Assembly: GCA_001785965.1 (NCBI GenBank)
Contig: MFVF01000016.1
Coordinates: 2,098 to 49,573, forward strand
Length of the DNA stretch: 47,476 nucleotides
Reading direction: 5' to 3'
Source of the DNA: Candidatus Nomurabacteria bacterium RIFCSPLOWO2_01_FULL_42_20
GTDB taxonomy: Bacteria; Patescibacteriota; Minisyncoccia; Phycocordibacterales; CAZVEC01
In this document: positions 34,002 to 41,297 of the stretch, one piece after another
How positions within the stretch are numbered: position 1 is the stretch's first letter
How the letters are laid out: each line of letters starts with the position of its first letter
Position numbers and translations under genes: made by a program
Notes under the pieces: generated by a model
What the model was told of the DNA's origin: nothing
Database searches by the model: none
The model's input: the letters and a program-made list of their open reading frames with translations, nothing else

Positions 34002-34278
34002 TACTTATGGGTTTTAAAAATGTTAAAGAACTAATTGATTTAACTCTTCAAACCCTCCTTTGCATAAAGCTACGGATGGGCAAAGCAAGAAGAGTGTTTT
34101 GGGAACCTCTTATCTTTAATAAATTTAATTTTAATGTGAGATCCCCAAAAGACTCTTCTCGTTCCATATTTAACCTTTAATCCCTTTATTTCAAAGAAAA
34201 TAACTGTTCAAATGATAGCATAATAAATAGCTCTTTGTCAAGTTTTGAAATATTAATATTTTATGGTAGATTAAAAAT

Positions 34279-34530
34279 ATGACCACAATTACTATCCCTA
34301 AAAATCTAATAAGTCAAAAGGAGCTAACTGTTATTCCAAAGCAAGAATATGATCAATTTAATGCTTGGAAAAAGTCAATTCAAGTTAATTTAGAGGACGC
34401 TTGGTTTTGGAGCCCGAAATGGCAAAAAAAAGAAGCTGAAGCAGACAAGGCCATCCGGGCCGGCCGAGTATCAGGTCCTTTCTCTACCCATAAGAATCTT
34501 GTAAGCGCCCTTCGACGCAAGAAAAAATGA
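34279..34530 (+). CDS. Putative antitoxin of the adjacent RelE/ParE-like toxin
   Basis: An 83-aa ORF overlaps the toxin gene by 4 nt (ATGA). It is preceded by TGgTAGATT, then 6 nt, then ATG. Confidence 0.55.
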   Translation: MTTITIPKNLISQKELTVIPKQEYDQFNAWKKSIQVNLEDAWFWSPKWQKKEAEADKAIRAGRVSGPFSTHKNLVSALRRKKK

Positions 34531-34793
34531 AAGTAATTTTTACTGATCCTTTTCAAAAGGATTATAACAGGCTTCCTGTTGATATTCGACAAGCTTTTGA
34601 TAAAGCGCTTAAATTTTTCATTACGAATCATCTTCATCCATCGCTTCGAACAAAAAAATTACCCGCTACTAATATTTGGTATGCGCGCATAACGCGCGGT
34701 TATCGATTCACTTTTGAAATTGAAGAAGATAAAGCTACTCTCCGGCGCGCCGGCTCGCATGATATTTTAGATAAAGAAAGAAGACGATGGTAA
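34527..34793 (+). CDS. RelE/ParE-superfamily toxin
   Basis: F.KDYNRLP...LHPSLRTKKL...WYARITRGYRFTFEI..DKATLRRAGSHD. Confidence 0.7.
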   Translation: MKVIFTDPFQKDYNRLPVDIRQAFDKALKFFITNHLHPSLRTKKLPATNIWYARITRGYRFTFEIEEDKATLRRAGSHDILDKERRRW

Positions 34794-34890
34794 TGCGACT
34801 ACTGCGCCTATCGCTCGGCTGTCAAAGAAGTCACTCCTGAAAATAAAAAAACTGCGGCTGATGATAAATCATCCAACCGCAACCCGTTCT
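34792..34890 (+). pseudogene. Relic copy of the 3' end and decayed terminator of the Cas4-like gene
   Basis: aatgcgactactgcgcctatcg matches aactgcgactactgcgcatatcg (33643-). aataaaaaaactgcggctgatgataaatcatccaaccgca matches the terminator region at 33786-33826. Confidence 0.7.
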
Positions 34891-34910
34891 GGTAATTTTT
34901 TATATTTTTC

Positions 34911-34965
34911 AAATTACCTAACTTTTGCGACCGTTAGAGTTAGGTAAATTGAAAGATTTGCGCAA
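34911..34965. repeat. 55-bp perfect direct repeat, copy 1 (encodes the last 16 codons of the PaaX/Cas2-fold gene)
   Basis: aaattacctaacttttgcgaccgttagagttaggtaaattgaaagatttgcgcaa is identical to 35550..35604. Confidence 0.95.
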
Positions 34966-35523
34966 GTGCCAATCATTTTCTAGTTTTTCTACTATCATAT
35001 ATAAAATATCTTTGCCTATTTTAAAATCAGCCTTTAGCAATGAAATCAAATCTTCGCAATCGTACGGATAAATCCAAACGCTGTTTTGAAGCCTGATAAA
35101 ACCAATCTGTCTAAGGGTCGCTCTTAAAAGAGCGCGGGTTTTCTTTCTAGATTCTTTAATGTCAAAAATTACCACTCGCCAACGGCCATCCCATTTCTTT
35201 GGAATTTTTAATTTAAAATTATGTCTTTCCAGAAAATCAAGCTTGCTCTCCCCTTTTTTGGTTATTCTGGCGACTTTCTTTCCATTGATTTCAACAATCT
35301 CAATTAATCCTTTGTCTTGAAGCCGAGCAAAAGAATCGTTGATGGAATACTTCAAATTCTTTTTTCTTTTAGAAAATCCCCCGAGCTTTTTAATTGCAAA
35401 TAAAATATTAGGCGCCACAAGCGCAACGCTGAGCATACCGGCAGCAAAAACTGTGCCCAGAATTATTTTCTGTATATTTTTTCGCTTGTCTTTTATTTTT
35501 ATCTCTTTTTCCAAAATACCCAT
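34918..35523 (-). CDS. TM-anchored winged-helix plus PaaX_C / Cas2-fold-like domain protein
   Basis: WDGRWRVVIFDIKESRKKTRALLRATLRQIGFIRLQNSVWIYP matches the PaaX C-terminal/Cas2-like pattern. An N-terminal TM segment is present. Confidence 0.55.
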   Translation of the reverse strand: MGILEKEIKIKDKRKNIQKIILGTVFAAGMLSVALVAPNILFAIKKLGGFSKRKKNLKYSINDSFARLQDKGLIEIVEINGKKVARITKKGESKLDFLERHNFKLKIPKKWDGRWRVVIFDIKESRKKTRALLRATLRQIGFIRLQNSVWIYPYDCEDLISLLKADFKIGKDILYMIVEKLENDWHLRKSFNLPNSNGRKS

Positions 35524-35549
35524 AGAAAGAATTATATACCCGCGAATTA

Positions 35550-35604
35550 AAATTACCTAACTTTTGCGACCGTTAGAGTTAGGTAAATTGAAAGATTTGC
35601 GCAA
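35550..35604. repeat. 55-bp perfect direct repeat, copy 2
   Basis: It is identical to 34911..34965. It lies between the start of the PaaX/Cas2-fold gene and rmuC. Confidence 0.95.
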
Positions 35605-35630
35605 ATGTTATTTTGGGTTATAATTTAGGT

Positions 35631-36674
35631 ATGGACAGTGCTGTTCTAATTGCATTAATTGTCATAGTTGCCCTGCTTGCAGGGATTTTGATTTACACGC
35701 TCTCTAGGAAAAAACAAGGCCCTGCCAGCGAGGGGCTTAATTTGATTTTGCAGCAGATTAACGAGCTCTCGCGAACCGTTGACCAGAGAATAAGCGAAAC
35801 GCACAAGCAAGTGCATGAAACTATGCGTTTTCATTCTTCTGAATCCTCCAGGTTGATCAAGAGCATTACCGAAGAATTAACCAAGGTCGGCGAGGGGCAG
35901 AAACAAGTAATCAATTTCGCTGACCAGCTCCAGAGCTTACAAGACATTTTAAAAAATCCAAAACAGCGCGGGATACTGGGGGAATATTATTTGGAGACGC
36001 TTTTGAAAAACGTCCTGCCGCCCGGAAGCTACCAGATGCAGTACACTTTTCCTGATGGCAACATTGTTGATGCCGTAGTTTTTGTCAAAGACAAAATAAT
36101 TCCGATTGATTCAAAGTTCTCGCTTGAGAATTACAATCGGCTGGTCGAGACGCGCGATCCGGCTGAAAAAGAGCGTCTAGAAAAAACATTCGTGAATGAT
36201 TTAAAAAATAGGATTGCCGAGACGGCTAAATATATCCGCCCCGAAGAAGGCACGATGGACTTCGCCTTCATGTTCATCCCGCACGAAGCCATCTATTACG
36301 ATCTACTAATAAATAAAGTCGGCGCCGTCTCTGGTGACACCGAGAGCCTAATCCAGCGAGCGGCCGGCAAATACAAAGTGATTATCGTCTCTCCGACATC
36401 ATTTCTGGCATACCTTCAGACCGTATTACAAGGCCTCAAGGCCATGCAAATCGAAGAGACCGCCAAAGATATTATCAAAAGAGTAGATGAGCTTGGAAAA
36501 CATTTGAAAGGCTATGAAGGATATCACAATAAGCTCGGGAGTTCACTGGACACAGTCATCAATCACTACAACAGCTCAAGCAAGGAATTCAAGAAAATCG
36601 GCAAAGACGTCTTGCGGATTTCCGAAGGAGAACTTAATCTTGCACCGCGCCTTCTTGAGAAAAGCACGGAATAG
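35631..36674 (+). CDS. rmuC: DNA recombination protein RmuC
   Basis: It has an N-terminal TM segment, a coiled coil and an RmuC-type C-terminus (DFAFMFIPHEAIY). The start is set at the ATG at 35631, preceded by TATAAT plus 6 nt. Confidence 0.8.
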   Translation: MDSAVLIALIVIVALLAGILIYTLSRKKQGPASEGLNLILQQINELSRTVDQRISETHKQVHETMRFHSSESSRLIKSITEELTKVGEGQKQVINFADQLQSLQDILKNPKQRGILGEYYLETLLKNVLPPGSYQMQYTFPDGNIVDAVVFVKDKIIPIDSKFSLENYNRLVETRDPAEKERLEKTFVNDLKNRIAETAKYIRPEEGTMDFAFMFIPHEAIYYDLLINKVGAVSGDTESLIQRAAGKYKVIIVSPTSFLAYLQTVLQGLKAMQIEETAKDIIKRVDELGKHLKGYEGYHNKLGSSLDTVINHYNSSSKEFKKIGKDVLRISEGELNLAPRLLEKSTE

Positions 36675-36691
36675 TTAAGGACTGCCCCTCT

Positions 36692-36819
36692 GGAAAATTC
36701 TTTTTTTTGGGGTGTCTCGCAGCGCGACGGCGCGACCTGCCCGCCGAAGCCTCGGCGCAGGCGGGGAGGCAGCGCTGTGCCAGCAGGCACAGACAGCGAC
36801 CCCAAAAAAAGAATTTTCC
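36692..36819. repeat. 128-nt GC-rich structured element bounded by 21-22-nt AT-rich inverted repeats
   Basis: ggaaaattcttttttttggggt ... accccaaaaaaagaattttcc. Internal hairpins are cgccga-agcc-tcggcg and ctgtgcc-agca-ggcacag. It lies between convergent rmuC and cls. Confidence 0.85.
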
Positions 36820-36835
36820 CCGGACAGAATTGCGA

Positions 36836-38011
36836 TTACTCCCCTTCCTGTCTTTTGTTAGTAAGCAAAACTAAGAGCCAGAGAGAAATACGCATTGCAT
36901 AATAAGACCACCAATCAATTATTCTATTCCATAATTTCTTTTTTCGGCCATATTCTTCCGGCGCAATTCGCACGCAATCCTCCTTAATAATTTTATTTAA
37001 ATATTTGTTGAAACTTTCGGCAAAATCTTTACCCCAAATATCCAAGTTCATCTCAACCATTCCATAAGTGCTTAAAAAATTGAGGTCGTGCGAACCGATA
37101 GTTGTCCAGATGTCATCGGCCACAGCCGCCTTGCCATGCACGACCACCGGCTGATATTCATAAATCTCGACGCCGTGCCGAAAGAGCCATTCATACAGAT
37201 AGAGAGCGGCCATCTTAAACATTTTCTCGTCAGAATTTTTAGAAAGAATCAGCCGAATTTTGACTCCCCTCCCAGAAGCCGCCTTTATCAATTTCTTTAA
37301 TTTGCGCCCGGGAAGAAAGTATGCGCCGACGATCGTAATATATTTTTCTGCGTTTCTGAATATATCTTTGTAACTTTTTGAGATTTCGAGTTTTCTTCGC
37401 ATCCAGTCATTCTGCCTTACCCTGACCAGCGGCCCGTCAGCCAGACTGAATATTTTTTTGGCCTTAACCTTTTTCTTTCTTCTGAATTTCCTGCCCCAGA
37501 TTGCTTCGCAGGAAGCGAAAATTTCACTGCAAATCTCTCCTTCTACCAAAACGCCGAAATCAAGCCAAGGCAAAGCGTCTTTGCTTCCCCGATAACGGTC
37601 GGTAATGTTTATACCGCTTATGAGAGCTTTCTTGCCGTCTGCTACTAAAACCTTGCGGTGAAGTCTTCTGCCCAAATGAATTCCTTCCTGGGTTAAAAAA
37701 GGCGAGAAGAACCGCAGTTGAACTCCGCCCTGCCGCAAATCTTCCACGAAAGAAAAAGGCAGAGCAAATGATCCAAAAAGATCCAATACCACATATGCGG
37801 CTACGTTTCTCCTCGCCGCTTTTTTAAGCGCGCCGGCCACCGACCGCCCAGTATTGTCGTCGCTTAAGATATAAGTTTGCAGGTGGATGCTTTCTTTGGC
37901 GCCGTCTATCAAATCAAGCAGGGCCTTAAAATATTCCTCGCCGCTTTTTACTAAAGACACTTTATTGCCGGATTGATAATCCTTAAATCTTCTTTTTTTA
38001 GAAATTAACAT
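36836..38011 (-). CDS. cls: Phospholipase-D-family cardiolipin synthase
   Basis: Two HKD motifs are present, HRKVLVADGKKALISGINI and HGKAAVADDIWTTIGSHDLN, plus a C-terminal TM segment. Confidence 0.85.
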   Translation of the reverse strand: MLISKKRRFKDYQSGNKVSLVKSGEEYFKALLDLIDGAKESIHLQTYILSDDNTGRSVAGALKKAARRNVAAYVVLDLFGSFALPFSFVEDLRQGGVQLRFFSPFLTQEGIHLGRRLHRKVLVADGKKALISGINITDRYRGSKDALPWLDFGVLVEGEICSEIFASCEAIWGRKFRRKKKVKAKKIFSLADGPLVRVRQNDWMRRKLEISKSYKDIFRNAEKYITIVGAYFLPGRKLKKLIKAASGRGVKIRLILSKNSDEKMFKMAALYLYEWLFRHGVEIYEYQPVVVHGKAAVADDIWTTIGSHDLNFLSTYGMVEMNLDIWGKDFAESFNKYLNKIIKEDCVRIAPEEYGRKKKLWNRIIDWWSYYAMRISLWLLVLLTNKRQEGE

Positions 38012-38012
38012 A

Positions 38013-38792
38013 TTATTTTAATTTGCCATTCTGTCTGACCCATTCGTATATGGCCAAGGCGGCGCTAACCGAAACATTTAGAGACTCCACCGCGCCATGC
38101 ATCGGAATTCTTAATTTAAAATCAGCCCGTTCCAAAGTCTTCTGCCGAATACCCTGTCCTTCATTGCCCACGACAAAACAAACAGGCATAACCAGATCTT
38201 CCTGCCAGAAAATTTTTCCGTCCTTTCGACTTCCCTCAGGACCTGCGGCGTTCTGATCGAGCGCCACGATCCAAAAACCGGCTTCTTTCAATTTGTCTAA
38301 GGCGTTATTTATATTCGAGACGCGAATAATCGGAAGCCGGGCCGCCGCGCCGGCGGAAACTTTAAAAACAGCGGCCGTAATCGGCGCTTGGCGATGCTTG
38401 CCTATTATGACAGCGCTCGCGCCGGCCGCGGCGGCCGTGCGGATAATCGCCCCGACATTATGCGGATCTTCCACTTCATCAAGCACAATCACGGCAGGAT
38501 TCTTTTTGACATTGATCCCCGACAGAAATTCCTCAAAATTCATGAAGCCGGCCTCGCTTACTAAGGCGGCCACGCCCTGACTGACGGCTTCCTGCCCAGC
38601 AATGTCGCTTATCCGCTTCTGATCGACAAAAGAGACGGGCACTTTGTTCGCCGAGGAAAGCTCTTTAATAAGCCCAAAATCCGTAGTCGTGGTTTTCTTA
38701 ATAAAAATTTTCTGCACCCGCTTCGGCTCGCTCTTTAGCATCTCCTCGACTGGATGTTTACCGTAAATATAACTATTTTCATTATTTCTCAT
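38013..38792 (-). CDS. rlmB: 23S rRNA (Gm2251) 2'-O-methyltransferase, TrmH/SpoU family
   Basis: YGKHPVEEML, LDEVEDPHNVGAIIRTA and GNEGQGIR...IPMHGAVESLNVSVSAAL are present. Confidence 0.85.
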   Translation of the reverse strand: MRNNENSYIYGKHPVEEMLKSEPKRVQKIFIKKTTTTDFGLIKELSSANKVPVSFVDQKRISDIAGQEAVSQGVAALVSEAGFMNFEEFLSGINVKKNPAVIVLDEVEDPHNVGAIIRTAAAAGASAVIIGKHRQAPITAAVFKVSAGAAARLPIIRVSNINNALDKLKEAGFWIVALDQNAAGPEGSRKDGKIFWQEDLVMPVCFVVGNEGQGIRQKTLERADFKLRIPMHGAVESLNVSVSAALAIYEWVRQNGKLK

Positions 38793-38817
38793 TCGTGCTA
38801 TAAATTATACACAAAAT

Positions 38818-38889
38818 GGCCCTATCGTCTAACGGTTAGGACACATCCTTCTCAAGGATGGAATCAGAGTTCGATTCTCTGTAGGGTCA
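38818..38889 (+). tRNA. trnE: tRNA-Glu (anticodon CTC); CCA not encoded
   Basis: My manual cloverleaf: acceptor GGCCCTA/TAGGGTC, D arm GTCT-AACGGTTA-GGAC, anticodon arm CATCC-TTCTCAA-GGATG, T arm CAGAG-TTCGATT-CTCTG, discriminator A. Confidence 0.9.
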
Positions 38890-38923
38890 CAAAAAAACAA
38901 GCGAAGCGTTTTTTTTGTGACCC
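38884..38923 (+). terminator. 14-bp hairpin using the tRNA 3' end
   Basis: gggtcacaaaaaaa pairs with tttttttgtgaccc. Confidence 0.5.
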
Positions 38924-39048
38924 TAAGCGAGCAAACTGCTTTGCTCGCGTCAGAGAATCGAACAGCGGAGCTTATGTTTTTGCACCAGCAAAAATAGGCG
39001 AGCTGGTGCCCAGACCAAAATTTTTGACGAAAAATTTTGAGTCGCGGG

Positions 39049-39068
39049 CGATTTCTCTGTAGGGTCAC
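39049..39068 (+). repeat. Direct repeat of the tRNA-Glu 3' end (att-like remnant)
   Basis: cgatttctctgtagggtcac matches cgattctctgtagggtcac (38872-38890). An inverted 13-mer, cagagaatcgaac, lies at 38951-38963. Confidence 0.75.
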
Positions 39069-39164
39069 CGCGTCAAACGCGGCTGATCGCTATTGCCGCG
39101 TTCGACCGCGGTGAAGGACGTTTGACGTCCTCACCATGAATTTTATAAAATCAGATTTTATCTT

Positions 39165-39428
39165 ATGAATTACGTTTATATTCTATATTCACAAAAAGAT
39201 AACGGTCTATGTATAGGTAAAACTAAGGATTTAAAAAAGAGATTTGATGATCATAAGAATGGAAGGTCTCTAGCAACTAAGCATAGAAGACCTTTTGTTT
39301 TAATTCATTATGAAGCTTTTGTCTCAACAAAAGACGCAACTGCTAGAGAAATATATTTAAAAAGTGGCCACGGCAGAGCTCAGCTGAAAGAAATGTTGAA
39401 ATCAACATTTGAGAAATATAAAATATAA
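39165..39428 (+). CDS. Stand-alone GIY-YIG nuclease (YhbQ/UPF0213-like)
   Basis: YVYILYSQKDNGLCIGKTKDLKKRFDDHKNG...REIYLK. Confidence 0.85.
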   Translation: MNYVYILYSQKDNGLCIGKTKDLKKRFDDHKNGRSLATKHRRPFVLIHYEAFVSTKDATAREIYLKSGHGRAQLKEMLKSTFEKYKI

Positions 39429-39621
39429 AGAAGCTCGAACATTTCTGTCGAGCTTCAGTAAAATTTCTCTTGGCGATTGCCAATAGCTGGAGAGATGCCA
39501 GCGAAGTTATCAAATTAGTGTGGAGACGGTTCTTGTTCTGCCTTTAATCTCGCTAGAAATGAAGTGCAATTATCCGTTTAAGAAGCATATCAATGCTTCA
39601 CCATAACTAATTTTAACTTTT

Positions 39622-39864
39622 TTAACTGATAGTGAGTTCACAAAAACCAGTTTGCAAATCAATTTCCGCATGATAGAGAGGTAAAAGAAAATCTCTCAGT
39701 TCTAACATAGGAATACCGATTTCCTTGGCTATGTTTCCGAGGTCCCTTTTCAAATCCGCGGGAGCTGAAATTTGGGTTTTTCTCAATTGCCGTTTTAAGA
39801 GCAAAAGAGCAATCTCACCTTGTCTTTCTTTTGAAAGAACTTTATGGGCGGCTTTTTCGGCCAT
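39622..39864 (-). CDS. Hypothetical 80-aa protein
   Basis: The ORF is preceded on the minus strand by TTGACA (39932-39927), 18 nt, then TATACT (39908-39903). I recognised no family. Confidence 0.45.
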   Translation of the reverse strand: MAEKAAHKVLSKERQGEIALLLLKRQLRKTQISAPADLKRDLGNIAKEIGIPMLELRDFLLPLYHAEIDLQTGFCELTIS

Positions 39865-40117
39865 GTTGTCTGCAACACATATGAGTTAATTGCATTGCTA
39901 AAAGTATAGCATACTTATTATTAGTTTGTCAAGAAAACCCTCAATAAAATAGGATCTTAAAAGCAAAATTGTTCATTTAAACCAAATATAATTCCAACTC
40001 CCTAATGCTAATTCCTATATAATAGTTCACAACATTGGACAAAAATAAAAATAAATGGTAGATTAAACTAATATTTTGTAACTTTTATAATTTTATAATA
40101 TTTAATACCTTATAAAT

Positions 40118-40517
40118 ATGGGGGCAATAAATACCAGCATTGGCGCACTTTTGTGCGAGTGCCTAAACGAAGAAACAAAAAAGTTTAGGAAAATCAAGGA
40201 AAATCCCTTGTGGGCCGTAGATCGTTTTGCAAGAAGAAACAAATTTTATTAGGAAAATCAAGGAAAATCCCTTGTGGGCCGTAGATCGTTTTGCAAGAAG
40301 AAACAAATTTTACTGTAAACGTAAAATCTTTGTCCCAAAAGACCAAGGATACGGGGCCGACCTGCTTGATAAATACCAGGCCGAAAAATTTATTTTTGTT
40401 ATGCTTGGCAAATACCACTTTAGATTAATCTACAGAAGCAATTTTCTTTTCTTTTTTGAAAAAAGATGGATACTGCTAACAGATGTCAAAAAAGAGGAAG
40501 CGGCGAAACAGCACTGA
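40118..40517 (+). pseudogene. Hypothetical gene of about 111 aa, frameshifted by a 64-bp tandem duplication
   Basis: The ATG at 40118 gives MGAINTSIGALLCECLNEETKKFRKIKENPLWAVDRFARRNKFY*. The same RKIKENPLWAVDRFARRNKFY is re-read in the +1 frame from the second repeat unit and continues to the stop at 40517. Confidence 0.65.
40187..40314 (+). repeat. 64-bp tandem duplication (2 units, 1 mismatch)
   Basis: The units are 40187-40250 and 40251-40314. The endpoints fall in the microhomology gaagaaacaaa. Confidence 0.95.
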
Positions 40518-40542
40518 CCGGGAATTTATTCCCGGCTTTTTT
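40518..40542 (+). terminator. Rho-independent terminator
   Basis: ccgggaa-ttta-ttcccgg followed by cTTTTTT. Confidence 0.85.
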
Positions 40543-40551
40543 ATGTCAAGG

Positions 40552-40588
40552 TTGCCATTTCTGAAATATCGAATTTCAGAAATGGCAA
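40552..40588. repeat. 16-bp perfect-stem hairpin
   Basis: ttgccatttctgaaat, loop atcga, atttcagaaatggcaa. Confidence 0.85.
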
Positions 40589-40622
40589 TGCGCGCTACGA
40601 ATGCGCTCATGCGAAAAAGAAT

Positions 40623-40651
40623 TTGACATTATGCGAGAATTAGTTTAACAT
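40623..40651 (+). promoter_or_regulatory. Candidate sigma70 promoter for 40686..41261
   Basis: TTGACA (40623-40628), 17 nt, then TAACAT (40646-40651). Confidence 0.4.
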
Positions 40652-40685
40652 CTATTTTTTGAACTTTTAAATAATAAAAAATAAT

Positions 40686-41261
40686 ATGAAAAGATGTTCT
40701 TTGTTTTTAGTGTATTTTTGCGCAGCGGTATTAGAGCTTCACAGCCAAACTGATGATATGAAAAATTCCCCGATTGGAAAGCTTATCTATGACCCTAAAT
40801 CTGCCGATATAGAGACAACTTCTTGGTCTCTTTACGCGTGGAAAACTATTCTTAATAGTCCGGAGGAAAGAGACATTTTGCTTTTAGATTGGGCGCCCAT
40901 ATTTAGTGATGTGACGCTTAACGTGAGATTAAGCAAGCTTAAAGACGGCAGAATTGTCATCATTTCTATTTCTGATCGTAGACCAGAATCTTTCTACGTG
41001 ATGATCAGATATAAAAAGGGCGACAAATCTTTTAACGAAAGCAAGCTGGTGGAGTGCCGAGTGTCTCCAGAAGGAACCATTGTAGAGCTCTCGACCCAGC
41101 ATGGCATTGATCCGAATGGCAAAGATGGGTTCGTGGAATATGTTAACGGAAAATCACCAAATGGAACAAGCAAAAAATATGCTATTAAGACCGAAGACCC
41201 TCTTGTAAAGAGGTATCAGAATGAAGTTAATAATGCATTTCTTCTGCTCAAAAACGAGTAA
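40686..41261 (+). CDS. Secreted hypothetical protein
   Basis: It has an N-terminal signal-like MKRCSLFLVYFCAAVLELHS. I recognised no family. Confidence 0.55.
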   Translation: MKRCSLFLVYFCAAVLELHSQTDDMKNSPIGKLIYDPKSADIETTSWSLYAWKTILNSPEERDILLLDWAPIFSDVTLNVRLSKLKDGRIVIISISDRRPESFYVMIRYKKGDKSFNESKLVECRVSPEGTIVELSTQHGIDPNGKDGFVEYVNGKSPNGTSKKYAIKTEDPLVKRYQNEVNNAFLLLKNE

Positions 41262-41291
41262 CCCTGTCTTGTCAATCAAGCAGGGTTTTTA
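41260..41291. terminator. Bidirectional terminator between convergent genes
   Basis: aaccctgtcttg-tcaat-caagcagggtt followed by ttt. Confidence 0.75.
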
Positions 41292-41297
41292 ATTTAA

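Noticed and set aside
36566-36805. A 79-aa minus-strand ORF in the track (…PPRLRRGFGGQVAP…).
   Set aside because: It overlaps the rmuC 3' end and consists mostly of a translation of the GC-rich palindromic element. It has no start context and a low-complexity Arg/Gly/Pro composition.
38940-39025. A possible second tRNA on the minus strand, suggested by gttcgattctctg.
   Set aside because: The T-loop-like 13-mer lacks complementary stem arms. No acceptor or anticodon arms can be drawn, so it is an inverted fragment of the tRNA-Glu T arm.
38754-39068. Track ORFs 38754..39062 (+) and 38829..39068 (-).
   Set aside because: Both run straight through the tRNA-Glu gene and its repeat scars, so they are spurious.
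39069-39130. A tmRNA or tRNA-like RNA (ggctgat...gcgttcgaccgcgg...gtcctcacca).
   Set aside because: There is a superficial resemblance to a tmRNA 5' end and a CCA tail. However, only about 60 nt are available before the GIY-YIG gene, the T-loop would be 6 nt, and there is no acceptor pairing.
40187-40314. A possible CRISPR-like or minisatellite array.
   Set aside because: There are only two directly abutting 64-nt units with no spacers, and they lie inside a reading frame. This is a simple tandem duplication, not a CRISPR array.
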